Of a stretch of DNA of 64,000 nt, positions 46,964-56,482 are shown piece after piece. The position numbers were made by a program, and so were the translations under genes. The stretch comes from Rhodoferax sp. (GTDB lineage Bacteria; Pseudomonadota; Gammaproteobacteria; Burkholderiales; Burkholderiaceae_C), in assembly GCA_021737865.1 (NCBI GenBank), contig JAIPDC010000001.1, forward strand, positions 8,448 through 72,447. Direction: 5' to 3'. The notes below the pieces were generated by a model that worked only from the letters and a program-made list of their open reading frames with translations, did not search any database and was not told the DNA's origin. Each line of letters begins with the position of its first letter. Position 1 is the stretch's first letter.

Positions 46964-48346
46964 ATGATCAGGATTTTCAATCACTATTTCTACAAGCCAA
47001 CGGTCTACCAAATTTCGTTTGACATGGGCTTGGTGATTTGTGTGGTGGTGACATGCTTTTTATACCAAGCTGCCGAGCCTCTGGCTGCATCGAACACCGT
47101 TTTAAGCGGTGCATTTTTGATGGCCACGGGGGTGTCGACCATCAATACCGGACTGGGCTTCTATCAACGGGTGCAGAACCGGACAAAAGAACAGATGCGC
47201 AGGCGTGCGCTTTTCGCACTGTGTCTTTCACTACCTTTGGCGTACGCAGTGTTCCTGCTCTCTCCATTGCCACCACACGACGAAAAGTCTTTCGCAATGG
47301 CTTTGTTAGTTGCAATGGGACTCATGCTGGTTCATCGAACCTATATGGCACGCACGCTGTCCGAGAAAATGAATCACACACGTGTATTGGTATACGGTGC
47401 GGGCCCCAATGCCGTCCGGTTGGGTGACATGCTGAGGACAGCCGACCCTCATGTCGACCTGGTTGGCTACTACGCAAATTCTGGAGAGTCGCTGGAAGAA
47501 GGAGAGCCTCCCGGCCGGACTCCATCTGGCAAGTCGCTGACGGAGATTGTGCGAGCGCAGCGTGTTCAGGAAATTGTGGTGGCGGTTGGCGAGCGGCGCG
47601 GCGGGAGCATGCCACTGCGTGAGCTTCTCGACTGCAAGCTTCACGGTGTGCGCGTGTTGGACAGTGCCACCTATTTCGAAAAGGCAATGGGACAAATACG
47701 ACGTGACTCGGTTTCTGCCGGCTGGCTAATTTTTGGCGATGGATTTGACAAGGGTCCGTTTCACAGTGCTCTCAAGCGTCTGTTCGATATCATTTTTGCG
47801 ACTTTTCTGCTGGTTCTGACGCTTCCCCTAACCGTGGTTACTGCGGTGCTAATTTTTTTGGAAGGCGGAGTGCCGGTTCTGTACCGCCAGGAGCGCGTGG
47901 GGCTGTACGGCAGGACGTTCAACGTGGTGAAGTTCAGAAGTATGCGAACGGACGCAGAGAAAGATGGAACCCCCCGGTGGGCCAGTACAGTGGACGACCG
48001 GGTGACGCGGGTTGGACGGATCATCCGCAAGCTTCGCATTGATGAACTGCCTCAACTATTCAATGTTCTGGCTGGCGATATGAGTATGGTCGGCCCACGC
48101 CCCGAGCGACCCTTTTTCGTGAACAAGTTGACCCATGAATTGCCTTACTATGCGGTGCGCCACAGCATCAAGCCTGGCATCACAGGATGGGCCCAGGTTC
48201 GCTACCACTACGGTGCCTCGGTGGAGGACGCTGCAGAAAAGCTCCAGTACGACCTTTACTACGTGAAAAACCACACCATTTTTCTCGATCTGGTGGTGCT
48301 AATTGAAACGGTTGGGGTAGTGCTAACCGGAAAGGGCGCGCAGTAG
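46964..48346 (+). CDS. Priming undecaprenyl-phosphate sugar phosphotransferase, PEP-CTERM system (TIGR03013/WcaJ-like)
   Basis: KRLFDI, YRQERVG, KFRSM, DDRVTRVG, RIDELPQ..NV, VGPRPERP, KPGITGWAQV, YDLYY. Confidence 0.95.
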   Translation: MIRIFNHYFYKPTVYQISFDMGLVICVVVTCFLYQAAEPLAASNTVLSGAFLMATGVSTINTGLGFYQRVQNRTKEQMRRRALFALCLSLPLAYAVFLLSPLPPHDEKSFAMALLVAMGLMLVHRTYMARTLSEKMNHTRVLVYGAGPNAVRLGDMLRTADPHVDLVGYYANSGESLEEGEPPGRTPSGKSLTEIVRAQRVQEIVVAVGERRGGSMPLRELLDCKLHGVRVLDSATYFEKAMGQIRRDSVSAGWLIFGDGFDKGPFHSALKRLFDIIFATFLLVLTLPLTVVTAVLIFLEGGVPVLYRQERVGLYGRTFNVVKFRSMRTDAEKDGTPRWASTVDDRVTRVGRIIRKLRIDELPQLFNVLAGDMSMVGPRPERPFFVNKLTHELPYYAVRHSIKPGITGWAQVRYHYGASVEDAAEKLQYDLYYVKNHTIFLDLVVLIETVGVVLTGKGAQ

Positions 48347-48347
48347 C

Positions 48348-50444
48348 ATGCCTCTGACCGCATGGAGCAGTGCCCTGTCGGGCCTGGTTTACACAGCCTT
48401 TGCGCTAAAGCTGCTTGGCCTGGGGTATGCGCGCCCGGTGCGAAATTGGCCCCGCAGCACCGTTTTGGCTGCGGTATGGATGAGCGCTCTGTGGGGGTGG
48501 TTTGGGGCAGCGCAGGCGCTCACTGGCGCATATTCTGCAGGGCTCGCCAATACGCTGTTTGACATGCTTCGTTACGCCTGCTGGTACGCATTTTTGCTCG
48601 CGCTCTTGCAGCCGGGCAGGGCTGCCAAGGGGCAAACCGGATTGGCCTGGATGGTGCCAGTCGCTCTTGTTTTAGTCGCTCTTCACACCATGGCCGTCAT
48701 TGCTTTCGAATTCCAGGTCGCTGGACCTGAAGGTGCGGTGCGTGCGTTGTTGCTCACACACATGGCACTGTCGATTTTTGCACTGATATCGGTAGAACAG
48801 GTGTTCCGAAACGTGCAGGAGGATGCGCGCTGGAGCATCAAACCACTGTGTCTGGGCTTGTCGGGAATTTTTCTATTTGACCTCTACCTTCACGCCCAAG
48901 CGGTTCTCTTCAATCGCCCGGATCTTGACGCACTCAGCATCCGGGGCGTTGTGCATGCGATGGTGGTGCCACTGATGGCACTGACAGTCATGCGCCGCAA
49001 CGACTGGGTGACCGGCGTGCGCCTCTCGCCCAAGGCAGCATTCCACACGACGGCGTTGTTGGGCGCAGGCACCTATTTGATGTTCCTGGCCGGCGTTGGC
49101 TACTATGTGCGCTATTTTGGCGGGGAGTGGGGCCGCGCCTTGCAGCAGGGCCTCGTGTTTATGGGGCTGGCGGTTCTGGTGGTTCTGGCCTTCTCGGGGT
49201 CGGCGCGCGCCAGCTTGCGCGTATTGTTGGGAAAACATTTCTTTCACTACCGTTTCGACTACCGCGAGGAGTGGCTGAAGTTTACCCATACGCTGTCCTC
49301 CAGGGATGCGTCACAGGAAGTGGGTCAGCAGGTCGTTCGGGGTCTTGCGGACATGCTGGAGAGTCCAGCAGGAGCGTTGTGGACCAGAGCGCGGGGAGAT
49401 GATTCCTTTAGCCAGACAGCGCGTTGGAATATGGCGCCAACGTTGACACGTGAAAGCGTCAATTCCCGATTTTGTCAGTTCGTCGAGCATAGCGGATGGG
49501 TGATCAACCTGGAGGAGTATCGCGATAGCTCCCATCGTTACGGATCGCTCATCCTGCCGCAATGGCTATCACAAATGGAGCAGGCGTGGCTGGTGATTCC
49601 GCTGATGGTTGACGATGCCATGATCGGCTTTTGTGTGCTGGACAGTGCGCGCACGCGTATGGATGTGAACTGGGAAGTCAACGACCTTCTCAAGACCGCA
49701 GGGCAGCAGGCCGCAGGATTTTTGGCTCAGATGCAGGCCACCGAGGCGCTGCTGGAAGCACGCAAATTCGATGCCTTTAACCGCATGTCGGCGTTTGTTG
49801 TGCATGACCTCAAGAACATCGTCACCCAACTCTCACTGATGCTGAAAAACGCAAAGCGCCTGGGTGAAAACCCCGAGTTTCAGAAAGACATGCTGATGAC
49901 CATCGAGAATTCTCTGGAACGAATGCGGCACATGCTGCTCCAGTTGCGCCAGGGTGCAACGCCGCCCGGTCCCGCGCTGGGTGTCAATCTTGCCAGGCTC
50001 ATTGAGCGTCTGGCCGCATACAGCGCAGGTCGGGGCCAGCGGCTTGATATGCAGTGCTGTGAGGTTCTGCACGCTCGTGGGCATGAGGAGCGGCTTGAGC
50101 GCGTGCTGGGGCACATGGTGCAGAACGGGTTTGACGCAATCGACGGTGGCGGGCGCGTGTGGATTCGGATGGAACGATGCGGTGCGTCAGCCAGGGTGGT
50201 CGTTGGCGACACCGGGCATGGCATGTCGGCAAGCTTCATTCAGAGCCGCTTGTTCAAGCCATTTCAGACAACAAAGCCGACGGGCATGGGCATTGGTGCA
50301 TACGAGAGCCTGCAGTATGTGCGTGATTTGGGCGGCTCCATTGAAGTGCAAAGTACGGAAGGAAAAGGAACGTTGGTAACGCTGCTGTTGCCACTTTTTG
50401 AGCAATCCAACGAGTCGGGCCTTACCACCCTGAAATATGCATGA
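48348..50444 (+). CDS. prsK: PEP-CTERM system histidine kinase PrsK
   Basis: N-terminal TM domain, YRFDYREEW, GAF-like region, H-box SAFVVHDLKN, PF.TTK..GMGIG. Confidence 0.95.
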   Translation: MPLTAWSSALSGLVYTAFALKLLGLGYARPVRNWPRSTVLAAVWMSALWGWFGAAQALTGAYSAGLANTLFDMLRYACWYAFLLALLQPGRAAKGQTGLAWMVPVALVLVALHTMAVIAFEFQVAGPEGAVRALLLTHMALSIFALISVEQVFRNVQEDARWSIKPLCLGLSGIFLFDLYLHAQAVLFNRPDLDALSIRGVVHAMVVPLMALTVMRRNDWVTGVRLSPKAAFHTTALLGAGTYLMFLAGVGYYVRYFGGEWGRALQQGLVFMGLAVLVVLAFSGSARASLRVLLGKHFFHYRFDYREEWLKFTHTLSSRDASQEVGQQVVRGLADMLESPAGALWTRARGDDSFSQTARWNMAPTLTRESVNSRFCQFVEHSGWVINLEEYRDSSHRYGSLILPQWLSQMEQAWLVIPLMVDDAMIGFCVLDSARTRMDVNWEVNDLLKTAGQQAAGFLAQMQATEALLEARKFDAFNRMSAFVVHDLKNIVTQLSLMLKNAKRLGENPEFQKDMLMTIENSLERMRHMLLQLRQGATPPGPALGVNLARLIERLAAYSAGRGQRLDMQCCEVLHARGHEERLERVLGHMVQNGFDAIDGGGRVWIRMERCGASARVVVGDTGHGMSASFIQSRLFKPFQTTKPTGMGIGAYESLQYVRDLGGSIEVQSTEGKGTLVTLLLPLFEQSNESGLTTLKYA

Positions 50445-51802
50445 TGCCCGATACGTCCCGTTCGCTGCTGATCGTCGAGGATGACCTTGCACTGCAAAAG
50501 CAGATTCAGTGGTCTCTCGATCAGTTGGATTCTGCTACCGCTCACGACCGTGAGAGTGCACTGGTGCAAATGCGCAGATGCGGGCCGGCCGTGGTGACGA
50601 TGGATCTGGGTCTTCCGCCGGAACCAGACTCGGTCACAGAGGGTTTCCGGTTACTCGAGCAACTCATTGCGTTCGATCCGGATGTCAAGGTGATCGTGCT
50701 AACCGGTCAGAACGACCAGGCCAACGCACTGCGTGCCGTTGCCATGGGTGCCTACGATTTTTTCGCCAAGCCATTCACTCCTGAACTCCTCACTTTGACC
50801 ATTGATCGGGCCTTCCGCCTAACCGATCTGCAACGCGAGAATCGTCGTCTGCAGACCATGTACCAGCCCGACGCGCTGTCGGGCTTGATCACGCGTGATC
50901 CGGATATGCTGCGCATTTGCCGAATGGTGGAGAAAGTTGCGCCCAGCAATGCCAGCGTCATGCTGCTGGGTGATAGCGGAACCGGCAAGGAGGTGCTGGC
51001 TCGAGCCCTGCACCAGTCGTCCTCGCGCAAGTCCGGAAAGTTCGTGGCGATCAATTGCGCAGCGATTCCTGACAATCTACTGGAGAGCGAATTATTCGGC
51101 TTTGAGCGAGGGGCATTTACGGGTGCCGCCAAGACCACACAAGGAAAAATTGAACTTGCCAACGGGGGTACCCTGATGCTCGACGAGATCGGTGACCTTC
51201 CGTTTGCGCTGCAGGCCAAGCTGCTGCGCTTTCTGCAGGAACGCACCATAGAGCGAGTCGGAGGCCGCCAGGAAATCGCGGTTGACGTGCGCATCGTGTG
51301 TGCTACCCATCAGGACCTGAATGCGCTCAGCAAGGAGGGACGCTTCCGCGAAGATTTGTACTACCGTTTGGCGGAGGTGGTGGTCAATATTCCCCCGTTG
51401 CGCCAACGCGTGGGGGATGCGGCGCTACTGGCACATGCTCTGCTGCGCCGTTATGCACATGAATACAAACGTCCCGCTCTCCGACTGAGTGAAGACGCAG
51501 TTCGGGCGGTTGAGAGCTATGCGTGGCCGGGGAACATCCGTGAATTGGAGAATCGCATCAAGCGCGCTGCAATCATGGCCGACGGCAGCCAGATTTCCTG
51601 TAGCGACATGGACCTCAACAATGCCGTGCCAGACATCCTGGATACATCACTGGATTTGCGCCAGGCACGCGACCGTGCGGAGAAGGCGGCCATTATTGCG
51701 GCCCTTGGCCGCGTCAACGGCAACATCGTCAGGGCGGCGGAATTGCTCGGTGTGAGTCGGCCCACCTTGTACGACTTGATGCACCGACTAAGCCTGAAGT
51801 AG
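50441..51802 (+). CDS. prsR: PEP-CTERM-box sigma-54-dependent response regulator PrsR
   Basis: Receiver (VEDD, MDLGLPP), GDSGTGKE, ESELFG..RGAFTGA, LDEIG, WPGNIREL, Fis-type HTH. Confidence 0.96.
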   Translation: MMPDTSRSLLIVEDDLALQKQIQWSLDQLDSATAHDRESALVQMRRCGPAVVTMDLGLPPEPDSVTEGFRLLEQLIAFDPDVKVIVLTGQNDQANALRAVAMGAYDFFAKPFTPELLTLTIDRAFRLTDLQRENRRLQTMYQPDALSGLITRDPDMLRICRMVEKVAPSNASVMLLGDSGTGKEVLARALHQSSSRKSGKFVAINCAAIPDNLLESELFGFERGAFTGAAKTTQGKIELANGGTLMLDEIGDLPFALQAKLLRFLQERTIERVGGRQEIAVDVRIVCATHQDLNALSKEGRFREDLYYRLAEVVVNIPPLRQRVGDAALLAHALLRRYAHEYKRPALRLSEDAVRAVESYAWPGNIRELENRIKRAAIMADGSQISCSDMDLNNAVPDILDTSLDLRQARDRAEKAAIIAALGRVNGNIVRAAELLGVSRPTLYDLMHRLSLK

Positions 51803-51852
51803 TCAGCCGATTTCTATTCATCTTTCCAGAAGCACACAAAGGAGTGACCAGG

Positions 51853-54657
51853 ATGCCTAACGACTTGATTCGCACAAAGGTTGCGCATACCGCAATGTGG
51901 GTTGCTTGCGCGCTGGTGGCATGTACAGAGAACCCGGAGGCCCTATTGGAATCGGCCCGACTCTATCTGGAGAAAGGTGACCACAAAGCGGCAATCATCC
52001 AGATCAAGAATGCACTGCAGGCAAGTCCGAATGTGCCGGAAGCACGCTTCCTGTTGGGTAGCGCACTATTGGAAACTGGTGACGCGGTCGGAGCCGAAGC
52101 AGAGTTGCGCAAGTCTATGGAGCTGCAACACTCGCTGGATGCTGTAGTTCCCGAACTTGCCAAGTCGTTGTTGGCGCAAGGTCAGCCAAAAGCGGTAAAG
52201 GACGAGTTCTCAAACACGCAGTTGGGCCAAGCGCAGGCGCAGGCAAGCCTGCACAATTCTTTGGCAACGGCGTACGCGATGCTGGGGTTGACTGACCGAT
52301 CCGAGGCTTCGCTGGACGCGGCGCTGCAGGCCGATCCGGGGTTTGGCCCCGCCCTGTTGGAGCGCGCGCGCAAGATGGCACGACAGAATGATTTTGAGGC
52401 CGCGCTATCGCTCATTGATTCGATCCTACTTAAGTCACCCAAGAGCTATGAGGCCTGGAAGCTGAAAGGCGATATCTATTGGACAGCACAAAACAAAGCC
52501 ACTGAGGCCTTGGAGGCGTATCGAAAAGCCATCGCGATCAAACCGGACTTCTTTCCCGCTCAGAGCGCACTGGTGATGGTCTTGTTGCAACAGGAAAATC
52601 CGCAGGCCGCTGGTGCACAGTTGGATGCGTTGAAGAAGTTAGCCCCGAGTCACCCGCAGACACAATATCTCACAGCCCTTCTGGCGTACCAGAAGAAAGA
52701 CTTCAAGACGGCCCTGTTGGAACTGCAAGCGACCCTGAAGGTCGCCCCTAGCCATATTGCCGCGCTGCAATTGGCGGGGGCGACGGAACTCCAGCTTAAC
52801 CACCTGCAACAAGCCAAGGTGTTCTTGAATCAGGCACTGGAGTTGCAGCCCTCAACGCAAACCGCCCGCAGACTGCTGATCGTGGCATACCTGCGCTCAA
52901 ATCAGCCCGCCAAGGCGATGGAGACTCTGCTGCCGGCGCAGCATCAAATTGACGATGATCCTGCATTGGCGTCACTGGCTGGCAATGTCTATCTTCAAAA
53001 TGGCAATCTTGCCAGGGCAAAAGAGTATTTCTCAAAGGCAAGCGCGCATGACCCTCAGAATGGAAAGAAGAGGACCTCGCTGGCGCTGGTTCACCTGTTG
53101 AGTGGTTCCGCTGAAAATGCATTTGAAGAGCTGCGAGACATCGCGTTGTCGGACACTGGCACCACTGCAGATCTTGCGTTGTTCAGTGTCCATATGCGAC
53201 GCAAGGAATTTGACAAGGCCCTTGGTGCTATCGGCACGCTGGAGAAAAAGCAACCCGGCCGAGCGCTGCCGCACTATCTTAGGTCGCAGGTCTTTCTGAG
53301 CAAGCATGACGCCAAGAGTGCAAGGACACACCTGGAACGCGCTGCCTCCTTGGAGCCGACATTTTTCCCCACCGCTACTGCGTTGGTCGCACTAGACCTG
53401 GCCGATAGAAGACCGGGTGATGCGCGTGGACGCTATGACGCACTGCTGATGAAAGACCCTAAGAACGGACGAGCACTGCTGGCGTTGGCCGATCTGGCGG
53501 CCAAGACCGGTGCACCCGCGGAAGAGGTGGCGAAACTGATTGGAAACGCGGTCGTCGCCAATCCGTCGGACGTGGATGCGCGCTTGCTCTTGATTGACTT
53601 TCATTTGCGCAACAAGGACTTGAAGGCCGCAAGTTCTGCAGCCCAGAATGCGGCGGCTGTGCTACCCAATGAGCCCCGAATTCTGGATGCAACGGGACGT
53701 ACCGAGCAAGCCGCAGGTGACTTGAATCAGGCGCTCTCCACATACCGGAAGATGGTGGACTTGCTACCGAATTCACCGATTGCATATTGGCGGATGGCCC
53801 AAACACAATTGGCACTGGAAGACAAGGACGCTTCGATTGGCAGTTTGCGCAAGGCACTCATTATTCAACCCGACTTTTTGGAAGGGCAGCGCGCCCTGAT
53901 CGCTCTGTATGTGTCCAAGAAGAAGCATTCTGATGCGTTGGATGTCGCCCGTTCGGTTCAGAAGCAGCGCTTAAAGGAGGACGTTGGCTACATACTTGAG
54001 GGCGACATCCATGCCTCTGTCAGTCAGTGGGAGGCAGCAGCGCAGGCACTTCGTTCGGGTCTCCTGCACGTCAGTACCACTACACTGGCAATGAAGTTGC
54101 ATGCGGTGTTACAGGCCGGTGGCAAAGGCCCCGAGTCTGATCGCTTCGCCACGAGCTGGAAAAAGGACCACCCGAAGGATGCCGCGTTTGAGTTCTATCT
54201 GGGTGATCGAGCCACTGCGCGCAAGGAGTACAAAAGCGCTGAAAGTCACTACGCAGCCGTGGTCAAACAGCAGCCCAACAACGCAGTGGCTTTGAACAAT
54301 CTTGCCTGGGTCAGCGCTAAACTTAAAAGGGAGGGGGCCATTTCCCTTGCCGAGAAGGCTGTCGAGTTGGCACCAAATCAACCGATGTTTATGGACACAC
54401 TGGCGACACTGCGCTCCGAGAAGGGGGACTACGCCGGCGCGTTGGACCTTCAGACACGGGCGCTGGCACTGCAGCCACAAAACACCTTGCTCAAGCTCAA
54501 CCTTGCCAGAATTCACCTCAAGGCAGGCAAGCGTGAACTTGCCAAGAAATGGCTGGATGATCTCGCGAGCTTGGGCAAAGCATTTGCAGGGCAGAGCGAG
54601 GTTGCTGCTCTGCAGAAAGAAATGGGCGCGCTACCGGATGTCACCCCTGCGCGCTGA
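51853..54657 (+). CDS. prsT: PEP-CTERM system TPR lipoprotein PrsT
   Basis: Lipobox LVAC, A.IQIKNALQ, long TPR array, LNNLAW. Directly follows prsR. Confidence 0.93.
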   Translation: MPNDLIRTKVAHTAMWVACALVACTENPEALLESARLYLEKGDHKAAIIQIKNALQASPNVPEARFLLGSALLETGDAVGAEAELRKSMELQHSLDAVVPELAKSLLAQGQPKAVKDEFSNTQLGQAQAQASLHNSLATAYAMLGLTDRSEASLDAALQADPGFGPALLERARKMARQNDFEAALSLIDSILLKSPKSYEAWKLKGDIYWTAQNKATEALEAYRKAIAIKPDFFPAQSALVMVLLQQENPQAAGAQLDALKKLAPSHPQTQYLTALLAYQKKDFKTALLELQATLKVAPSHIAALQLAGATELQLNHLQQAKVFLNQALELQPSTQTARRLLIVAYLRSNQPAKAMETLLPAQHQIDDDPALASLAGNVYLQNGNLARAKEYFSKASAHDPQNGKKRTSLALVHLLSGSAENAFEELRDIALSDTGTTADLALFSVHMRRKEFDKALGAIGTLEKKQPGRALPHYLRSQVFLSKHDAKSARTHLERAASLEPTFFPTATALVALDLADRRPGDARGRYDALLMKDPKNGRALLALADLAAKTGAPAEEVAKLIGNAVVANPSDVDARLLLIDFHLRNKDLKAASSAAQNAAAVLPNEPRILDATGRTEQAAGDLNQALSTYRKMVDLLPNSPIAYWRMAQTQLALEDKDASIGSLRKALIIQPDFLEGQRALIALYVSKKKHSDALDVARSVQKQRLKEDVGYILEGDIHASVSQWEAAAQALRSGLLHVSTTTLAMKLHAVLQAGGKGPESDRFATSWKKDHPKDAAFEFYLGDRATARKEYKSAESHYAAVVKQQPNNAVALNNLAWVSAKLKREGAISLAEKAVELAPNQPMFMDTLATLRSEKGDYAGALDLQTRALALQPQNTLLKLNLARIHLKAGKRELAKKWLDDLASLGKAFAGQSEVAALQKEMGALPDVTPAR

Positions 54658-54682
54658 CTGGTTTGCCTAACCTTCAACTGCG

Positions 54683-55978
54683 TCACTCCGCAAAGAACTG
54701 GCTGGCATGGTCAAGATCTTCGTGGGTCGAACCTGACTGCAGAGCTCCTACCAGCTTCCGCCATGGCACGTCCGGTTGTGCCACCTTGAAGCCATAAATC
54801 CCAAATGCCAGCTTGTGCTTGCCTCGGACAACCATGGCGTTGATGACCGAGGTTTCTTTGCGGCCCAACCGTATGCGCGCTTCGCCCCACAAGTTGAGCG
54901 GCAAGGGGTCTTTCGAATAAGCCAGGAACCCATCATCAGAGAATTCAACGACCTGAATCTGGTGCACTTCCATTGTGTCCATTTGGGTCAGACAAAAACT
55001 GCCAGGGCACTTGAGTGAATATCGGGCATGGGAGCGCTGGTGCTGGCGAAAGTCCGATTCGGAGAATACCGTTGGAAGCACTGCCTGGTACTCCGGGAGG
55101 TCATAGATCGAGTGCAGGAGACCCCGCTCGCGGTCACCCATGCGCGCAAAAACATCGGTACAGTGGTTAAAGAAGTGGTCCAGCAGATCAGGTGTCATGA
55201 CCGGGTCGTTGGTTGTGAAGTAGCGCCGGTTGGGCATAGCGATGTTGGCTAGCCTGGTATGCACGAAGTACTGGTACAGGTTCTTGCGCGGCTGCTTTTT
55301 CCGGTACAGGTTCCTTAGCCTCCCCGGCGCTGCATGCAGGTCCAGTGATGCCCCGACGGCAGGCGCGCCATTGGCAAATTCGTAGTTTTCAACCTGTGTC
55401 TCCGTCATGCGTTCAAACAGCAGCAATGACTCATACATCTCAATGCGATTGGGATTGACGGCGATCACCAGGTGGCGGGTATCAAAGAATGTCACACAGT
55501 ATTCATACATGAACTTCATGAGCGGGAACAAGATCGAGCCACCGGTGTTCCTGAAACGTGGGTGAACCGCCAGTGCGGAAACTTCGGCGATGCGACCCTT
55601 TTTTTCACGGATGTTATGCAGGTCAAAAATGGACTGCAAGGGGAATCCAAAGACGCTTTCCCGGATCAGTGAAATCGTCCCCACCACCTCGTCATCAAAT
55701 TTTGCGCAGAGTGTCGTAGTGGTGGGAAGCGCGTGGTAGACATTGATGCGCATACCGCTTGGGTGCGGGCGCATGAAGCCGCTGCTGACATAGGCGCCGT
55801 GCAGCAATCTGAAGCAGGCCTCCAATTCTTCCTGGGTTTGCGCGATCTTGAGTGTCAAGCGCGGGTCAGGGTTGGTATCGCAGTCTACAAATGATCGGTA
55901 CAAAGCGAACCGCAAGGACCGCGGAAGCAGAGTCAGTGCCGCGCGCAGTCGTTGATGGAAGAATCGTTTAGCTGACAC
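54683..55978 (-). CDS. FeeM-like N-acyl amino acid synthase (GNAT fold) with C-terminal PilZ-like domain
   Basis: A.T.EELEAC.RL.H.AY...G, VVGTISL, G.P...IF, IAEVSALAV, LVIAVNP...YE..L.F, NGAPAV. C-terminal RSHAR (RxxxR) and EFSDDG motifs. Confidence 0.78.
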   Translation of the reverse strand: MSAKRFFHQRLRAALTLLPRSLRFALYRSFVDCDTNPDPRLTLKIAQTQEELEACFRLLHGAYVSSGFMRPHPSGMRINVYHALPTTTTLCAKFDDEVVGTISLIRESVFGFPLQSIFDLHNIREKKGRIAEVSALAVHPRFRNTGGSILFPLMKFMYEYCVTFFDTRHLVIAVNPNRIEMYESLLLFERMTETQVENYEFANGAPAVGASLDLHAAPGRLRNLYRKKQPRKNLYQYFVHTRLANIAMPNRRYFTTNDPVMTPDLLDHFFNHCTDVFARMGDRERGLLHSIYDLPEYQAVLPTVFSESDFRQHQRSHARYSLKCPGSFCLTQMDTMEVHQIQVVEFSDDGFLAYSKDPLPLNLWGEARIRLGRKETSVINAMVVRGKHKLAFGIYGFKVAQPDVPWRKLVGALQSGSTHEDLDHASQFFAE

Positions 55979-56002
55979 CGCGACGGCGAGTCCCGTGTTG
56001 GC

Positions 56003-56104
56003 TTACACCCGATGGCCGTCGGTCGCCTGCGTGCCCAACGCAGCGTCAGTCGCACCCGGGCATGCAGGAACATTGAGTTCTTTTGGAAAATTCGATGTGG
56101 ACAT
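56003..56104 (-). other. 33-codon upstream ORF in frame with the FeeM-like gene (uORF or N-terminus cut by a nonsense codon)
   Basis: GGAGGA RBS 9 nt before ATG 56104. TAA at 56005-56003, then 8 sense codons in the same frame up to GTG 55978. Confidence 0.5.
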
Positions 56105-56181
56105 CGATGCCACTCCTCCAGCAATGGGTTGTTGATCAAAGGGGTTTCCGATTTGCATCCATCCCTCTCGAAATGACTGGA

Positions 56182-56307
56182 TGCAGGATTCATACCAAAT
56201 TGACATGTAGTACGTCGCTTTCGTAGGTGTTTGATTTTTATGAAGTTAATGTGACTTGATGGTGGTCAATGCGCCGCGACACAAAAAGTGTGTAAGGTTT
56301 TTCGACA
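56182..56307 (-). promoter_or_regulatory. PrsR-type enhancer, IHF site and sigma-54 promoter of the FeeM-like gene
   Basis: TGT-N11-ACA (56291-56307). IHF-like AATCAAACACCTA (56236-56224). TGGTATGAATCCTGCA, a GG-N10-GC motif (56197-56182). Confidence 0.78.
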
Positions 56308-56336
56308 TGACGTCTGCTTTGAACCAGCCTGTATTT

Positions 56337-56350
56337 GTGACATATCTCAA
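56337..56350 (+). promoter_or_regulatory. Box copy GTGAC-ATAT-CTCAA (also reads as CRP-like TGTGA-N6-TCAAA)
   Basis: AAGACT lies 21 nt downstream (56372-56377), upstream of the phosphatase-deacetylase-ATP-grasp genes. Confidence 0.5.
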
Positions 56351-56482
56351 ACCGGTGAGTACTTTTTGAATAAGACTTGAGCACTTCAGATCCAGGGGCA
56401 GAGTCAGTCTGCTGGCTCGCTTTCATGGGGATATTTCCCGTTTCGACAGGATTGGCGCGTGCTAAGTCGGTGTAGCAAACTC

